A stretch of DNA of 64,000 nucleotides from Microgenomates bacterium OLB22 (GCA_001567515.1 LLEV01000008.1:36610-100609); one strand, 5' to 3'; shown: positions 1-10,142, counted from the first letter of the stretch. Numbers and translations: made by a program. Notes: a model not told the origin generated them from the sequence alone.

Positions 1-1
1 T

Positions 2-139
2 CAACGAGCTTATCTGACATCGTCAGTTGTTGATCTCACTCAATTTATTGGCAAGAAAGTCCGTGTTTGGGGACAAACATTTGAAGGACAAAAAGCTGGA
101 TGGCTGATGGATGTTGGTCTTGTAGAGCTTTTAGAATAA
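2..139 (+). CDS. 3' end of an unidentified gene entering the window (partial)
   Basis: Open frame from the window edge ending ...GKKVRVWGQTFEGQKAGWLMDVGLVELLE with TAA at 137-139; no family recognised. Confidence 0.3.
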   Translation, partial: QRAYLTSSVVDLTQFIGKKVRVWGQTFEGQKAGWLMDVGLVELLE

Positions 140-150
140 CCATCTGCATC

Positions 151-828
151 ATGATTCAATTTGCCTCTGTTACCAAATCGTACCCTTCAGGCTCTATAGC
201 ACTAGATGACGTCTCCTTTGAGATCCCTGAAAACGATTTCTTATTCCTCGTTGGACCTTCAGGAGCGGGGAAGACAACTGTCCTAAAGCTTATCATGCGA
301 CAAATCATGCCCACCTCTGGATCTGTCATGGTCGATGACACTGAGATCAGTACCCCACAGTTTACACAGGTCCCTGTGCTCAGAAGGGCTATCGGCATGG
401 TGTTTCAGGATTTTAAGATCCTTCGTGACAAGAGTATTTTTGAAAATATTGCTATCTCGCTAACTATATTAGGGCTTTCTAAAGCAGAGATTGAAGAAAA
501 GGTGACGGCAGCTCTTGATATCGTGGGACTTCAGACTCGAGCTGATGCTTTTCCTGTACAACTCTCGGCAGGAGAGCTGCAACGGATCGCTATAGCGAGG
601 GCTGTAGTAGGGGATCGATCTATCATCTTGGCGGATGAGCCTACTGGCAATCTTGATCCAAAGACGGCATGGGACATCATGGAGATATTCAAGAAGCTTG
701 AAGGTACTCGAACTATTATCATAGCAACTCATAACGCAGACATAGTTAACCACATGAAAAAGCGTGTCCTTACTATCATTGATGGTAAGCTCGCCGACGA
801 CGCAAAGAAAGGAGGATATCGACTATGA
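151..828 (+). CDS. ftsE: Cell-division ABC transporter ATP-binding protein FtsE
   Basis: Walker A GPSGAGKTT, ABC signature LSAGELQR, Walker B IILADEPT. Conserved N-terminus MIQFASVTKSY starts at ATG 151, so track ORF 100-828 is over-extended. ATGA start/stop overlap with ftsX. Confidence 0.9.
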   Translation: MIQFASVTKSYPSGSIALDDVSFEIPENDFLFLVGPSGAGKTTVLKLIMRQIMPTSGSVMVDDTEISTPQFTQVPVLRRAIGMVFQDFKILRDKSIFENIAISLTILGLSKAEIEEKVTAALDIVGLQTRADAFPVQLSAGELQRIAIARAVVGDRSIILADEPTGNLDPKTAWDIMEIFKKLEGTRTIIIATHNADIVNHMKKRVLTIIDGKLADDAKKGGYRL

Positions 829-1748
829 GCATGTATCAACTCATCCGTCGTAGTCCTTATCAGTCTTTGGCAACGTTTATTATCTTAACGCTTACTTCTT
901 TTATGATACTACTATTCTTTTGGCTGACTGCTTTTTCCTACAGTGCCTCAAAGGATATTGAGACAAAACCACTCTTGTTTGCCTTTTTCCAGACAACAAT
1001 TCCAGAACAAAACATTCTCGAGGTGAAAAGGAAATTGGAGGCAACTGGGATGGTCAAGGAGATGAAATATGTCTCTCAAGATGAAGCCCTAGATTTCTAT
1101 CGGAAGGCTAATGCAGACGACGAGCTTTTGCTTGAACTGGTAACAAAAGATATTTTGCCAGCTTCACTTGAGATGCGAGCCCATAAGGCTGAGGATCTGG
1201 GTAAATTGGAAGCACTCATTAAGCAGGAGTCTAGCATCGAGAGTGTGCAATATGCAAAAGAGGATGTGCGTCGTATTGTAGCTGCCACAGCAACATGGAG
1301 ACAGGTCACATTTATTTTTTTCATAGTGATGCTGCTGGTTACACTTCTGGTCCTTATCACGACTACTGCACTTAAGATAGCCATGCGTAGGGATGAGATC
1401 AATCTGCTACAGCTTCTCGGTGCCACAAATTGGTATATACGTGCCCCATATGTAAAGGAAGGCCTACTCTATGGGCTTGTCAGTGGTTCATTGGCTTTCG
1501 TAATTGGGATAGGAGTAATGTATCAGTATGTATCCAAATTGCTTCTTGCCACCTCTATCAAGGACGTGTTTCAGCTCAATACATCTCAAGAGTCTCTCGT
1601 TAGCTTTTTTAACCTGGGCCACTATGGATTTAGTATGGTTCCGCCTAGTATCCCCTTTTTGCTTGTGAGCTATGCTCTACTCCTTGTTTTTACCTCCTGT
1701 GTGGGGATGATTGGCAATTATTTTGCAGCTTCTAAATATATAAGCTAA
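825..1748 (+). CDS. ftsX: Cell-division permease-like protein FtsX
   Basis: 307 aa; N-terminal TM, ~110-aa extracytoplasmic domain, three C-terminal TMs (FtsX topology); translationally coupled to ftsE. Confidence 0.85.
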   Translation: MSMYQLIRRSPYQSLATFIILTLTSFMILLFFWLTAFSYSASKDIETKPLLFAFFQTTIPEQNILEVKRKLEATGMVKEMKYVSQDEALDFYRKANADDELLLELVTKDILPASLEMRAHKAEDLGKLEALIKQESSIESVQYAKEDVRRIVAATATWRQVTFIFFIVMLLVTLLVLITTTALKIAMRRDEINLLQLLGATNWYIRAPYVKEGLLYGLVSGSLAFVIGIGVMYQYVSKLLLATSIKDVFQLNTSQESLVSFFNLGHYGFSMVPPSIPFLLVSYALLLVFTSCVGMIGNYFAASKYIS

Positions 1749-1757
1749 TCTATAAGG

Positions 1758-2915
1758 GTGGGAACGTTTTTTCCTACCAACAACTTCACTAAGAAGTTTT
1801 CTCTTACCATCCTTTCTATTGGTTATCTATTACTACTGGTTCCTCCAGTCTACTCTGCTGTCCGTATAGGGGAGATATATCCTGTTCCAGCTGAGGGTGA
1901 AGAAGAATGGGTAGAGGTCTATAATGAGGGGACAGAGTCTGTCGATTTGTCAAGCCTGTCCCTCGAGGACGCGACAGGCAAGAGACTGCAGTGGGGTCAA
2001 CAGACAATCGCACCGGCTACGGTTGTCGTTGCCACTGCTAGTGCGATCTTAAACAATAGTGGTGACACTCTTACTCTGAAGGATGCGGCTGGAGCTATTC
2101 TTGATAGTCATAGCTATCCATCTACATCTTCAGGCACATCTCATATCAGGTGCAGTGATTCGTGGGTAGTGGGAGCGCCTACCAGAGGGCAATACGATGT
2201 CTCTCAGTGTACGTCCCGGGTAAATACCCCTATCCCCAAGGGAGCAGTGTTTATCTGGGAGATCCATCCCTACCCAGAAACAGGGACTGAGTGGATAGAG
2301 CTCTACAATGACCTTGATCAGGCGGTCTCTCTTGTAGATTGGACGATCGATGACGACACTCAGTCAGGTGGGAGCCCTCATGTGTTCACAAAAACTATTG
2401 AGGGAAAGGCAATGATTGTAATTGATCTTCAGACATCGCTCTTCAATAATGATGGAGATATCGTGACACTTACTGATAAGGACGGGGCGGTACAGGACAG
2501 CACCTCATATGCTTCCATTGGAAAAGGAGAGTCATTGGCTCGTAACAGAGGAAGCTGGTGTGTACAAGCATCTGCTACTAAAGGTTCTCTCGATTACTCA
2601 TGCAAAGCCGCATCTGTACTTTCAGTGTCGCAGAGCCCAAGTACCGTGTCGCCCCAAATGACAAATCAAGTCGTGTCCCTACTACCAAGTATAAAGAAGC
2701 CTACAGGGATAGCTATCACCTATCATCTGCAGCCGAGAGTAAGACAGCAAGAGGCCGAGCCTGAGGTCGCAGGTATAAGTACCTCCTCTGCGGGTATCTC
2801 CGATTCGGGGAGCAAGTCGTATCTGCAGTGGTCTCTAAAGATTGCTGCAGGTTTGTTTGCGTTAGGATCGCTAATATCGTATCTTTATCTAAGCCATGTC
2901 AAAAAAAATTATTGA
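1758..2915 (+). CDS. Secreted/anchored protein with two lamin-tail-domain (LTD)-like repeats
   Basis: N-terminal signal/TM (FSLTILSIGYLLLLVPPVYSA). Two LTD-like repeats (EIYPVPAEGEEEWVEVYN...LNNSGDTLTL and EIHPYPETGTEWIELYN...FNNDGDIVTL). Ser/Thr-rich linker and C-terminal TM. Non-ATG (GTG) start. Confidence 0.7.
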   Translation: MGTFFPTNNFTKKFSLTILSIGYLLLLVPPVYSAVRIGEIYPVPAEGEEEWVEVYNEGTESVDLSSLSLEDATGKRLQWGQQTIAPATVVVATASAILNNSGDTLTLKDAAGAILDSHSYPSTSSGTSHIRCSDSWVVGAPTRGQYDVSQCTSRVNTPIPKGAVFIWEIHPYPETGTEWIELYNDLDQAVSLVDWTIDDDTQSGGSPHVFTKTIEGKAMIVIDLQTSLFNNDGDIVTLTDKDGAVQDSTSYASIGKGESLARNRGSWCVQASATKGSLDYSCKAASVLSVSQSPSTVSPQMTNQVVSLLPSIKKPTGIAITYHLQPRVRQQEAEPEVAGISTSSAGISDSGSKSYLQWSLKIAAGLFALGSLISYLYLSHVKKNY

Positions 2916-3288
2916 AATAGTCAGAAGGTGGGCCCCAGCAATAATCTGGATGGCTCTAATATTTTTTGGATCTTCCCGACAACGGATCTCTGTTACTGAG
3001 GTGTCGGTCTTGAACTTCTTCTTTTTTAAGATGCTACATGTTATCGAATACGCTGTCCTATACATAGTTGTTTTTCGCGGGATAGCTTGGGGGAAACGGG
3101 CACCTGATCCCGAAGACTATTTACTTACCCTTCTGTGTTGTTTTCTGTATGCTGGGTCAGACGAACTCCACCAAACTATGGTCCCAAGTAGGGAAGGGGT
3201 ATTGCGCGATGTCATTATAGATACGGGGGGGATGATCATAGGATACTTGCTTCTTCGTCAAAAGTTCATCACTTTATCTGTCCGATGA
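2896..3288 (+). CDS. VanZ-like membrane protein
   Basis: 130 aa, 4 TM, motif GSDELHQTMVPSREGVLRDVIIDTGG typical of the VanZ family; 20-nt overlap with the upstream gene runs through an A8 tract (2901-2908). Confidence 0.7.
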   Translation: MSKKIIEIVRRWAPAIIWMALIFFGSSRQRISVTEVSVLNFFFFKMLHVIEYAVLYIVVFRGIAWGKRAPDPEDYLLTLLCCFLYAGSDELHQTMVPSREGVLRDVIIDTGGMIIGYLLLRQKFITLSVR

Positions 3289-4239
3289 AAAAACTAGTTG
3301 GCCGTATTCACGCACTTTTTATCCCCTCACATCGAAATAACTATCGTGCAAGAGCTCTCCATGTTGATGCCCTGGCAGTCTACGTTGTATTGGCTATCAT
3401 TGTTTTTTCCCTTCATACTCCGCGGGTACAGTCTGTATTGGGGATTGCCATCGATATAACTGTTGAACAATTATGTGCCCTGACCAATGCCCAACGAGCC
3501 AGTAATGGAGTACCCACTCTTAGCTGTAGCGGCCTTTTGGGTGCAGCCGCATCACTAAAAGCACAGGATATGTTTGCAAAAGATTATTGGGCTCACTTTG
3601 CTCCGGATGGGACATCACCGTGGGACTTTTTTTAAGAGGGTGGGTTATTCATATGAGGTGGCTGGGGAAAATCTCGCAAAAGATTTTCCAAATAGTCAAA
3701 GTGCCATGGATGGGTGGATGAACTCTCCAGCCCACAGACTCAATATTCTTCGTCCGGAGTATACAGAGGTAGGCTTTGCCGTGGTAAATGGCAATCTGCA
3801 GGGAAGTGATACGACTCTAGTGGTCCAATTTTTTGGAAAGCCGGCTGGTAGGACAGGGACAAGTGCCGCTGTTGGCCGTGCGACTAGCCAGGCAGTCGCA
3901 GCAGAAAGGACATCTCCTCCTATGCCAACATTTACCATCACCCCAACTCCACCTGTCTTGATCGGGAACACATCCCCTAAATCAGGCAATATCACACTCG
4001 GAGATAGTGCAACTACCACGAACTCCTTTTCTTGGTGGGATGGTGCGATAGATTATCTGTCCTCCCCTTCTATGAATTTTTTGATTGTGCTCTTTTTAGG
4101 AATTACCCTAATTATTGATATGTATGTAGCTTATCGAAATGACCTCCTGCGTTTAACGGGGAAAAATATGGCGCATTTGATGGTGCTTATAGTTGCTGTT
4201 GTGAGTTACTGGTTATTCGCGTCAGGAACCATTCTCTGA
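3285..4239 (+). CDS. CAP/SCP (PR-1-like) domain protein, membrane anchored; frameshifted as sequenced
   Basis: Track ORFs 3285-3635 and 3574-4239 encode the two halves of one CAP domain (...DYWAHFAPDGTSPWDFF | KRVGYSYEVAGENLAKDF...GWMNSPAHRLNIL). They join if T7 at 3627-3633 is read as T6. N-terminal TM, C-terminal TMs. Confidence 0.8.
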
Positions 4240-4242
4240 TCT

Positions 4243-4521
4243 ATGAGTAAGAAAGTACTAAAGGGGATTGTGCGAGAGACCATTATTCATCACATAGACT
4301 ATCTACTACTTCTGGGCGCCTCAGTCTACACGGTAGCGATAGCTCTTCTCAAGCAAGAGAACCATGATGCCCAGCGCACTGTTATCGCACTATATGGTCT
4401 TTTTTATATGATCTGGGGTTGGTTCCATCATCGCAAGGAGAAGTCATTTCATATAAAGGTGTTAGCGGAATATGTGTTGATTGGCTTACTGGTAATCTTT
4501 TTTGCATTCAGTTTTCTTTGA
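4243..4521 (+). CDS. Small 3-TM membrane protein, unknown function
   Basis: 92-aa ORF starting 3 nt after the CAP gene; hydrophobic segments; no family recognised. Confidence 0.5.
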   Translation: MSKKVLKGIVRETIIHHIDYLLLLGASVYTVAIALLKQENHDAQRTVIALYGLFYMIWGWFHHRKEKSFHIKVLAEYVLIGLLVIFFAFSFL

Positions 4522-4576
4522 TGGTCTCTTCTCGAGCGCGTTGACTTTGGTGAATCGGCTCACGTAGAATGAAAGT

Positions 4577-6193
4577 ATGATTTCTTTGCTGCGTATAGTG
4601 ATCCCACTTGGTAGTCGACTTTTTATGAGGATAGCGCTTGTGGGAGGAGTGTTCGCGGTCGTATTGGCACTATTCATCAAATGGGCCCTCCCTGCAGAGT
4701 CATCACTAACATCGACGCGTACTGTCGAGCAAGTTCAAGAGGCCTCTATTCAAAAATCATTTGATCGGTGGAAATTGTCCGAAGGTGAACAACAAAAAAA
4801 CGAGGCTGTGTTCTGCTCACTTGTCGGTCTCTTTTGCCCTTCTAATCAGGAGAAATATGGCTCTCTAGTGTATCAGATGACAAAGCTCGCTGCCCTTCCC
4901 TACGCGCTCCCGCCAGCATCTGGTGTGGCATATACAGCTCAGTCATTGCAGCAGGCGGGGTTCATCCCTCATGCCTATGCGATCGATGGAATCGGCTTTC
5001 AGATGATCCAGCCATTTGCTCGGATCTGGCAGGCTTTTAGAGACATTACGATGTTCATCTTGGTAATAGTACTTATCAGCATAGGATTTATGATCATGTT
5101 TAACTACAACGTAAATCCATCGACACAGATCACGATACAAAGCGCATTACCCAAAATCATCCTGACTCTAATATATATAACCTTCTCCTTTGCCATAGCC
5201 GGGTTTCTCATAGACCTAATGTATCTGAGTGTATTCTTTGTGCTAGAACTCGGGGCTCGCATACTCCCTATCACTGATGTGGGTGAACTCTACAATGAAT
5301 TTGCCACCACAAGTATCCTGGGCTCAGGGGTCTTTAGTGGTATGCAAGGCTTTGGCATTTACTATAAAGCAGTACTTGGGCTCTACCAGATATTTCCCGT
5401 TGGAATCCAACTTGCTGTAACTATGATCATATTATGGTTTATGCGTAAGAATGCAGCAAAGATCTTTGGGACTCAATCTGATGGTCTGACTAAGGCGCTT
5501 GTGAACTGTAAGATAGATGCGGGTGGTAACTTTGGAGGCGTGCTTGTATTCAGTATCTTCCTGTGCCAGTTGATAGGGATACTACTTGGGGCATTTCTTG
5601 CCGATTCGTTTGCTCCAACTATCGTCTATATACTGATCTTTCTTATTACTGTTGCGGCGATCATCTATCTCTATTTCCGTATCCTTTTTTTGATGTTGGG
5701 GTCATATGTCCGGCTCATCCTGGGGGTACTGTTTGCTCCTTTGTATATCGTCCCTGAGGCCATCCCCGGACAATCTGCCTTTAAGGGGTGGGTGCGGATG
5801 CTCATGGGCCACCTCATCGTCTTCCCAACAATAGTTGCTCTTCTTCTAGTGGTACGGGCAATTACACAGATAGGACTGCAAGGTAATCTGGTGCTCTCTG
5901 CCCCATTGCTCTTCAACTTTGATGCGGGGGAGTCGATCGTAGCAATACTCAATGGTGTAATTTTGTATATGATCCCTGACTTGACTAAGACAGTTGCCCT
6001 GAAATTTGCTGGTGCTCCTAAGTTCCAAGCTAATGCGGGGACACTCTTTGGAGCGGCAGCAGCCGGCTACTCATCATACAGGGCTGGGGGAAAGCAGTTG
6101 CTCGCACTAAGCAAGAGGAACAAGCTAGTAGGGTCTATACTAGGTGCCGGTCTCACTAAGAATCTTGATGACTGGTTTGGAGAGAAGAAATAA
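4577..6193 (+). CDS. Large polytopic membrane protein (about 10 TM), possibly VirB6/TrbL-like
   Basis: 538 aa; N-terminal TM, ~110-aa extracytoplasmic region, then many TMs (…MIMFNYNVNPSTQITIQSALPKIILTLIYITFSFAIAGFLIDLMY…). Convergent with a pilin-like gene. The family call is by resemblance only. Confidence 0.6.
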   Translation: MISLLRIVIPLGSRLFMRIALVGGVFAVVLALFIKWALPAESSLTSTRTVEQVQEASIQKSFDRWKLSEGEQQKNEAVFCSLVGLFCPSNQEKYGSLVYQMTKLAALPYALPPASGVAYTAQSLQQAGFIPHAYAIDGIGFQMIQPFARIWQAFRDITMFILVIVLISIGFMIMFNYNVNPSTQITIQSALPKIILTLIYITFSFAIAGFLIDLMYLSVFFVLELGARILPITDVGELYNEFATTSILGSGVFSGMQGFGIYYKAVLGLYQIFPVGIQLAVTMIILWFMRKNAAKIFGTQSDGLTKALVNCKIDAGGNFGGVLVFSIFLCQLIGILLGAFLADSFAPTIVYILIFLITVAAIIYLYFRILFLMLGSYVRLILGVLFAPLYIVPEAIPGQSAFKGWVRMLMGHLIVFPTIVALLLVVRAITQIGLQGNLVLSAPLLFNFDAGESIVAILNGVILYMIPDLTKTVALKFAGAPKFQANAGTLFGAAAAGYSSYRAGGKQLLALSKRNKLVGSILGAGLTKNLDDWFGEKK

Positions 6194-6272
6194 TACGCCT
6201 AGGATCAGTTATTCTACAGTAGCTTCTGCCTATGCTACACCTACTCTAACCACATTCTATTGCCTTGAATCT

Positions 6273-7042
6273 CTAGAAGCTTAGTCCCAATATGTTTACG
6301 CCTATCAACTGTAGGATGAAGAGTGAGAGTATGATCATAGCCAGGCCAAATCCTGCAACACGGATCCTTTTCCATGCATTTTTCATCCTTTTCAGGGTTT
6401 CCCTCCGATGTCTGGAGCTGGAATGAGGCCCAGATGATCATCAAAAGTGCCGTAACTCCAGCGATCCCCAGACCAATACGGAAGACATAGTCCTGGATGA
6501 AAGTGCTAAATGACAGTGGTATGCAGCCTATGCCCGTCGGGAGTGCTTGTTTATCTACACACTTTATACACTCGAGCTTGTCTGTATTGGTGTTATACAT
6601 ATTGCAGATGCGTGAAAGTGATTTCTGGATAGGTGGCTTTGGTGTTGCGACACAAGTACATGCGGTGGCGGGGAATGATCCGGATCTTTGGGGAATTCCG
6701 ATAATACATTCGGGGATGCTATACCCCGTTACGGACTTGACAACTTTGTTTTGTAAGAGGGAATCAAGGGTGCCTCCTATAAATGCGGATATGCCTGAGC
6801 TGCCTGGGAGACCTGTGTTCGCAGCAACATCACTGGTGATGCCTTTGGAGTTTCCTGTCATGATCTCATAGGCACTACAACAACGCGGATAGAGGTCAGG
6901 GATACCACACAACCTTTTTTTCTGAGTCCTCTGTAAGCGTTTCCACGGTAGAAGAAGTGCTAAACTGAGCCTCCACAGGTCGTGGAAGAAAAAATAACAC
7001 CATGAGTAAAAACACCATGAATACTCTAATACGATTTCTCAT
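6273..7042 (-). CDS. Secreted cysteine-rich protein with C-terminal two-TM pilin-like module; two frameshifts as sequenced
   Basis: Three frames join into one model. (1) ATG 7042: MRNRIRVFMVFLLMVLFFLPRPVEAQF... (signal peptide), stopping at 6896. (2) Track ORF 6241-6912 (Cys-rich, ...IGLGIAGVTALLMIIWASFQLQTSEGNPEK). (3) Tail ...NAWKRIRVAGFGLAMIILSLFILQLIGVNILGLSF, stop 6273-6275. Joins need one base fewer in T7 6915-6921 and in T5/T4 6379-6392. Confidence 0.7.
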
Positions 7043-7091
7043 TCTCTACCATTATGGCAAAAAAATGCCTGGTCTACAAACAGCACTATTG

Positions 7092-10000
7092 TTAGCCAAT
7101 TTTGAGTTCCTTAATACCATTTTTGATAGCTCCAAATATGAAATTGGCAAAGAATAGCAGTAGGAACGGGAGATAGACATAGAGCTCATACTCCCGCTCG
7201 CTTGCACTATGTGCTCTTCCTCTTGATTCAGCGGATTGTTCACGAGCAAAGTCTCTAACACGGACGTGACGGGCAAGGTAGTTTTTGAGTCCAGGAATCC
7301 GGGAAAGAGTAGGGTGATTTAAATTCAGCGTCCTCCATTGCTCACCATTTGCACTTTTGTAATAAGGTAGTACTCCTGACTCTGTAGCGGCTATTCCCAA
7401 TGCGTGCTGTTCATATATACCCATTGATGCCGGGAGCTTTGCTCCATCAGCAACTGTATTATCCGAAAAGGAGCGCTTCTTGTCTTTGGCCTCATAATCA
7501 ATTCGGGCTGGTACTGATCGGGCATATTTATCATCTTGCCGTAGGAATAGTTGGAACAAGTCTAGATAGGCGAGTCCCACAGTCCCTACAGTTGCAGAGT
7601 CTAAATAGTCACTCGATGGCCCTTTTGCTGCATTAACATATTCAAATATGGCTTTGAAAGCTTCCTCAGGGTCCTTTCCTAAAGCCCCAAGGGCTTTCTT
7701 TGCGCCTCCCCATAGGCTAAACCCACCCATGCGATATTGTAGTTCTGCTGTAGAAGCAGTCTGTAGGGCAGTTTTTGAGATGGTATCGGAACCACTGGCA
7801 GACATATGCAGGTATCTCAGTGGAATTGTTTGTGATGTCAGAGAAAATCCAAATGTCCCATCCTGTATGCCACCGGCAAGCCAGCCTATCGGGCTATTCA
7901 TCCTACCCGATTGTGCTTTCTCGAGTATTGCTGCATAGCGGGCTGCCTGCTCCTTGCGAATGGTCTTGTCGTCTATGTCAGCTAGCTTCTTTTTATCTCC
8001 AAGTGCTGCTATCGCCTTGTTTGATAGCACATCGCTGACGGTAGGGACATGCCCGACTTGTTCCTTGAGTCGTGAGTAAAGAAGAAGTGTCGCTTTTATG
8101 CGGCGATCCCTCTCTTCGGGGGTTATCCGAGTGCTTGCAGTGAACCGAGCTCTGAGTGTCTGTTCAATGTAATCAATATCTATGCGATTACCTTTTCCTT
8201 GCCTGATGCTGCTTCGGGTGTTGTCCAGGTTACCATAGAGGTTACCCTGCTCAAGTAGTATCTGGTCCATCTCTTTGCTTGTTGCCATACGTAGGGCTTC
8301 TTCGACAAAAGCTAGATCCGCAACGGCAGTGCGATACCACCTGAACCATTGTTCTTCGTCGGTGCTATCGACACCATAGGTGCGTTCGAATTCGGCTGCC
8401 TGACCTGTCGGGGCGGTGATGGAAGAACGTATGCGCTCTGAAAGTAGTACTCCGTATTCACTTACTCTACGTTTTTCGATAGTGAGATACGTTGACGGGA
8501 GTTGTTCAAATATCATGATTGCCTCGATGCCTGCATATACCCGTGACATGAGTTCCTTTCTTCGTAGTTTGTACTCAGTTCCCCCACTGGTCAAGATCTC
8601 TCCCACGTAATTTACAAAACTACCCTTGGAGTCTACTGGGGCATCGCCAAAGGCAGTTTTTGCGATGTCATTGTTTGGCTCTACATATCTGTCCCACAGA
8701 AATCCTGCCAGTCCTTTCATAGCTGTCACATATTTTTCACTCGGTTCAGGTGCCTTGTCAGACATCGAGGTTCCGTCTTTGATCTCCCCTAAAGCAAATG
8801 TCTCAAAATAATTTCTCAGGACATCTACCCCAATGTTCTCTAAGCACTTCCACCCTTGAGCTAGTGAATCTCTACTGTACGCCATCTTCTTCCCGTCACT
8901 GCCTGGGTCCAAGACATCTCGGATCCATTCCTGGTAAGTCCCAGTGAGGGCACTCCCACTATTAGTAAAGAATCCACCACGTCGAGTCAGCTTGTTACCT
9001 AGCTCCATATAGAGGTCATACCCCTCGATAGGTGTACCCATCTTTGCAAGCTTTCCCATCTTGAACGAATCTTGAAATGATCTCTTACCAATACGCTCTA
9101 CATCATCATGGTTAAAACGCCATTGCCGCCAATCATAGAGGACAGGAGCCCACATAGCCCCTGCCAGTAGAACGGGTTTTATCTGAAGACGCATCGCATC
9201 ATCTCCAAAGTTCAAAATAGCTTGATATGCATCTTCTGCCGTAAAGGTAGGCTTACCATCCTTATCGAGGTTTGGATCGGCATATGAAGTAGTCTGGTGA
9301 TAGCCAAAATCAATCCCCATAAACTCGGTTCTAGCCATTGTATAGGCCCAGGAAAGAAGCCATGGTTCGACTGTGTCACCGTATTGTTCTTCTAGTTCGC
9401 CTCGGATTTCTTCTTCAAGTCTTGTGTCTGACCGCATAAGCTCACGTATGACGAGGTCTGGAGTCCTTCTCCATTCGCGGGCAGAAAATAGTTGCTGAAA
9501 TTTGGATGCGTACTTCATTCGTGCTGCCTCAACGAGTTCTCCCGTATGATCCAGACGGGATATAGTGTCAAGCCTTTCTGATGGAAGCTCTCTCTTTGCG
9601 TGTGCTGCTACCTGTTTTAAAAATAGGTTTGGGGTGCCACCTTGATCAACCCCGGATTGGAATTGCTGCATCTGGAAGCGGAAATTATGGCCATATTCGA
9701 CCATACCTCGTGATGCTTCTAATATTTCTCGAAGATACTGGGCAAATTCACTCACTCCACTGTCGATGAATTCGACTGCTGGGACGATGATTTCTTTTGC
9801 TCCTCCATTTGCTCCGATAACTATTCTCTTTTTCTCACCTCGGCGAATGAGTTGGGCAAGTGGATGGTCACTAGTTTCGACCTGTTGAGCCCTATCAGAG
9901 AGTTGTGTCAACATGGCAAGCATCCTTCTATAGACCTGTTCGGGATTACGGTTATCCTGGGTCACCGCTCCGCTGGCCATATGACTAAATTGTGCATCTG

Positions 10001-10142
10001 GCGCCTCATGGAGTATTGCCGAGTACATTGTGATAACAGCCTTTGACATAAGTCGTGCGAATTCATCTGATACCATGATCTCAAGTTCTCGTTCTTGTGC
10101 ACTGGCGAGGTCAGTGTATCCAGGTCGGTCGTTTTTGAACAC
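7092..10142 (-). CDS. Large orphan protein (1016 aa) with C-terminal tail-anchor TM; probably the C-terminal part of a larger gene
   Basis: Uninterrupted 3-kb ORF; no motif recognised. Last ~30 aa contain one hydrophobic helix (LYVYLPFLLLFFANFIFGAI). Annotated start is GTG with a 32-nt overlap on the upstream ORF in the +1 frame. Confidence 0.7.
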   Translation of the reverse strand: MFKNDRPGYTDLASAQERELEIMVSDEFARLMSKAVITMYSAILHEAPDAQFSHMASGAVTQDNRNPEQVYRRMLAMLTQLSDRAQQVETSDHPLAQLIRRGEKKRIVIGANGGAKEIIVPAVEFIDSGVSEFAQYLREILEASRGMVEYGHNFRFQMQQFQSGVDQGGTPNLFLKQVAAHAKRELPSERLDTISRLDHTGELVEAARMKYASKFQQLFSAREWRRTPDLVIRELMRSDTRLEEEIRGELEEQYGDTVEPWLLSWAYTMARTEFMGIDFGYHQTTSYADPNLDKDGKPTFTAEDAYQAILNFGDDAMRLQIKPVLLAGAMWAPVLYDWRQWRFNHDDVERIGKRSFQDSFKMGKLAKMGTPIEGYDLYMELGNKLTRRGGFFTNSGSALTGTYQEWIRDVLDPGSDGKKMAYSRDSLAQGWKCLENIGVDVLRNYFETFALGEIKDGTSMSDKAPEPSEKYVTAMKGLAGFLWDRYVEPNNDIAKTAFGDAPVDSKGSFVNYVGEILTSGGTEYKLRRKELMSRVYAGIEAIMIFEQLPSTYLTIEKRRVSEYGVLLSERIRSSITAPTGQAAEFERTYGVDSTDEEQWFRWYRTAVADLAFVEEALRMATSKEMDQILLEQGNLYGNLDNTRSSIRQGKGNRIDIDYIEQTLRARFTASTRITPEERDRRIKATLLLYSRLKEQVGHVPTVSDVLSNKAIAALGDKKKLADIDDKTIRKEQAARYAAILEKAQSGRMNSPIGWLAGGIQDGTFGFSLTSQTIPLRYLHMSASGSDTISKTALQTASTAELQYRMGGFSLWGGAKKALGALGKDPEEAFKAIFEYVNAAKGPSSDYLDSATVGTVGLAYLDLFQLFLRQDDKYARSVPARIDYEAKDKKRSFSDNTVADGAKLPASMGIYEQHALGIAATESGVLPYYKSANGEQWRTLNLNHPTLSRIPGLKNYLARHVRVRDFAREQSAESRGRAHSASEREYELYVYLPFLLLFFANFIFGAIKNGIKELKIG

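Noticed and set aside
2896-2915. LTD protein and VanZ as one fused gene through the A8 tract (2901-2908)
   Set aside because: Both proteins look complete: the LTD protein ends with a TM plus a short basic tail, and VanZ has its own ATG and N-terminus. Fusion is possible only if the run were A7, and there is no architectural reason to expect it.
6915-6921. Programmed ribosomal frameshifting at individual slippery A/T runs (for example the signal-peptide junction, groEL A6, helicase T9)
   Set aside because: There are too many sites (about 42) in unrelated genes. I could not find conserved stimulatory structures downstream. The shifts occur in both directions. A generic run-length cause is more economical, so this is kept only as an alternative under the window-wide finding.
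7400-10046. Plus-strand ORFs (60-96 aa) inside the 1016-aa gene; similar antisense ORFs inside valS (12820-14255), ftsK (62081-63760), ftsE/ftsX and others
   Set aside because: These are shadow ORFs on the opposite strand of long, well-supported genes. They are low-complexity or compositionally odd and lack RBSs.
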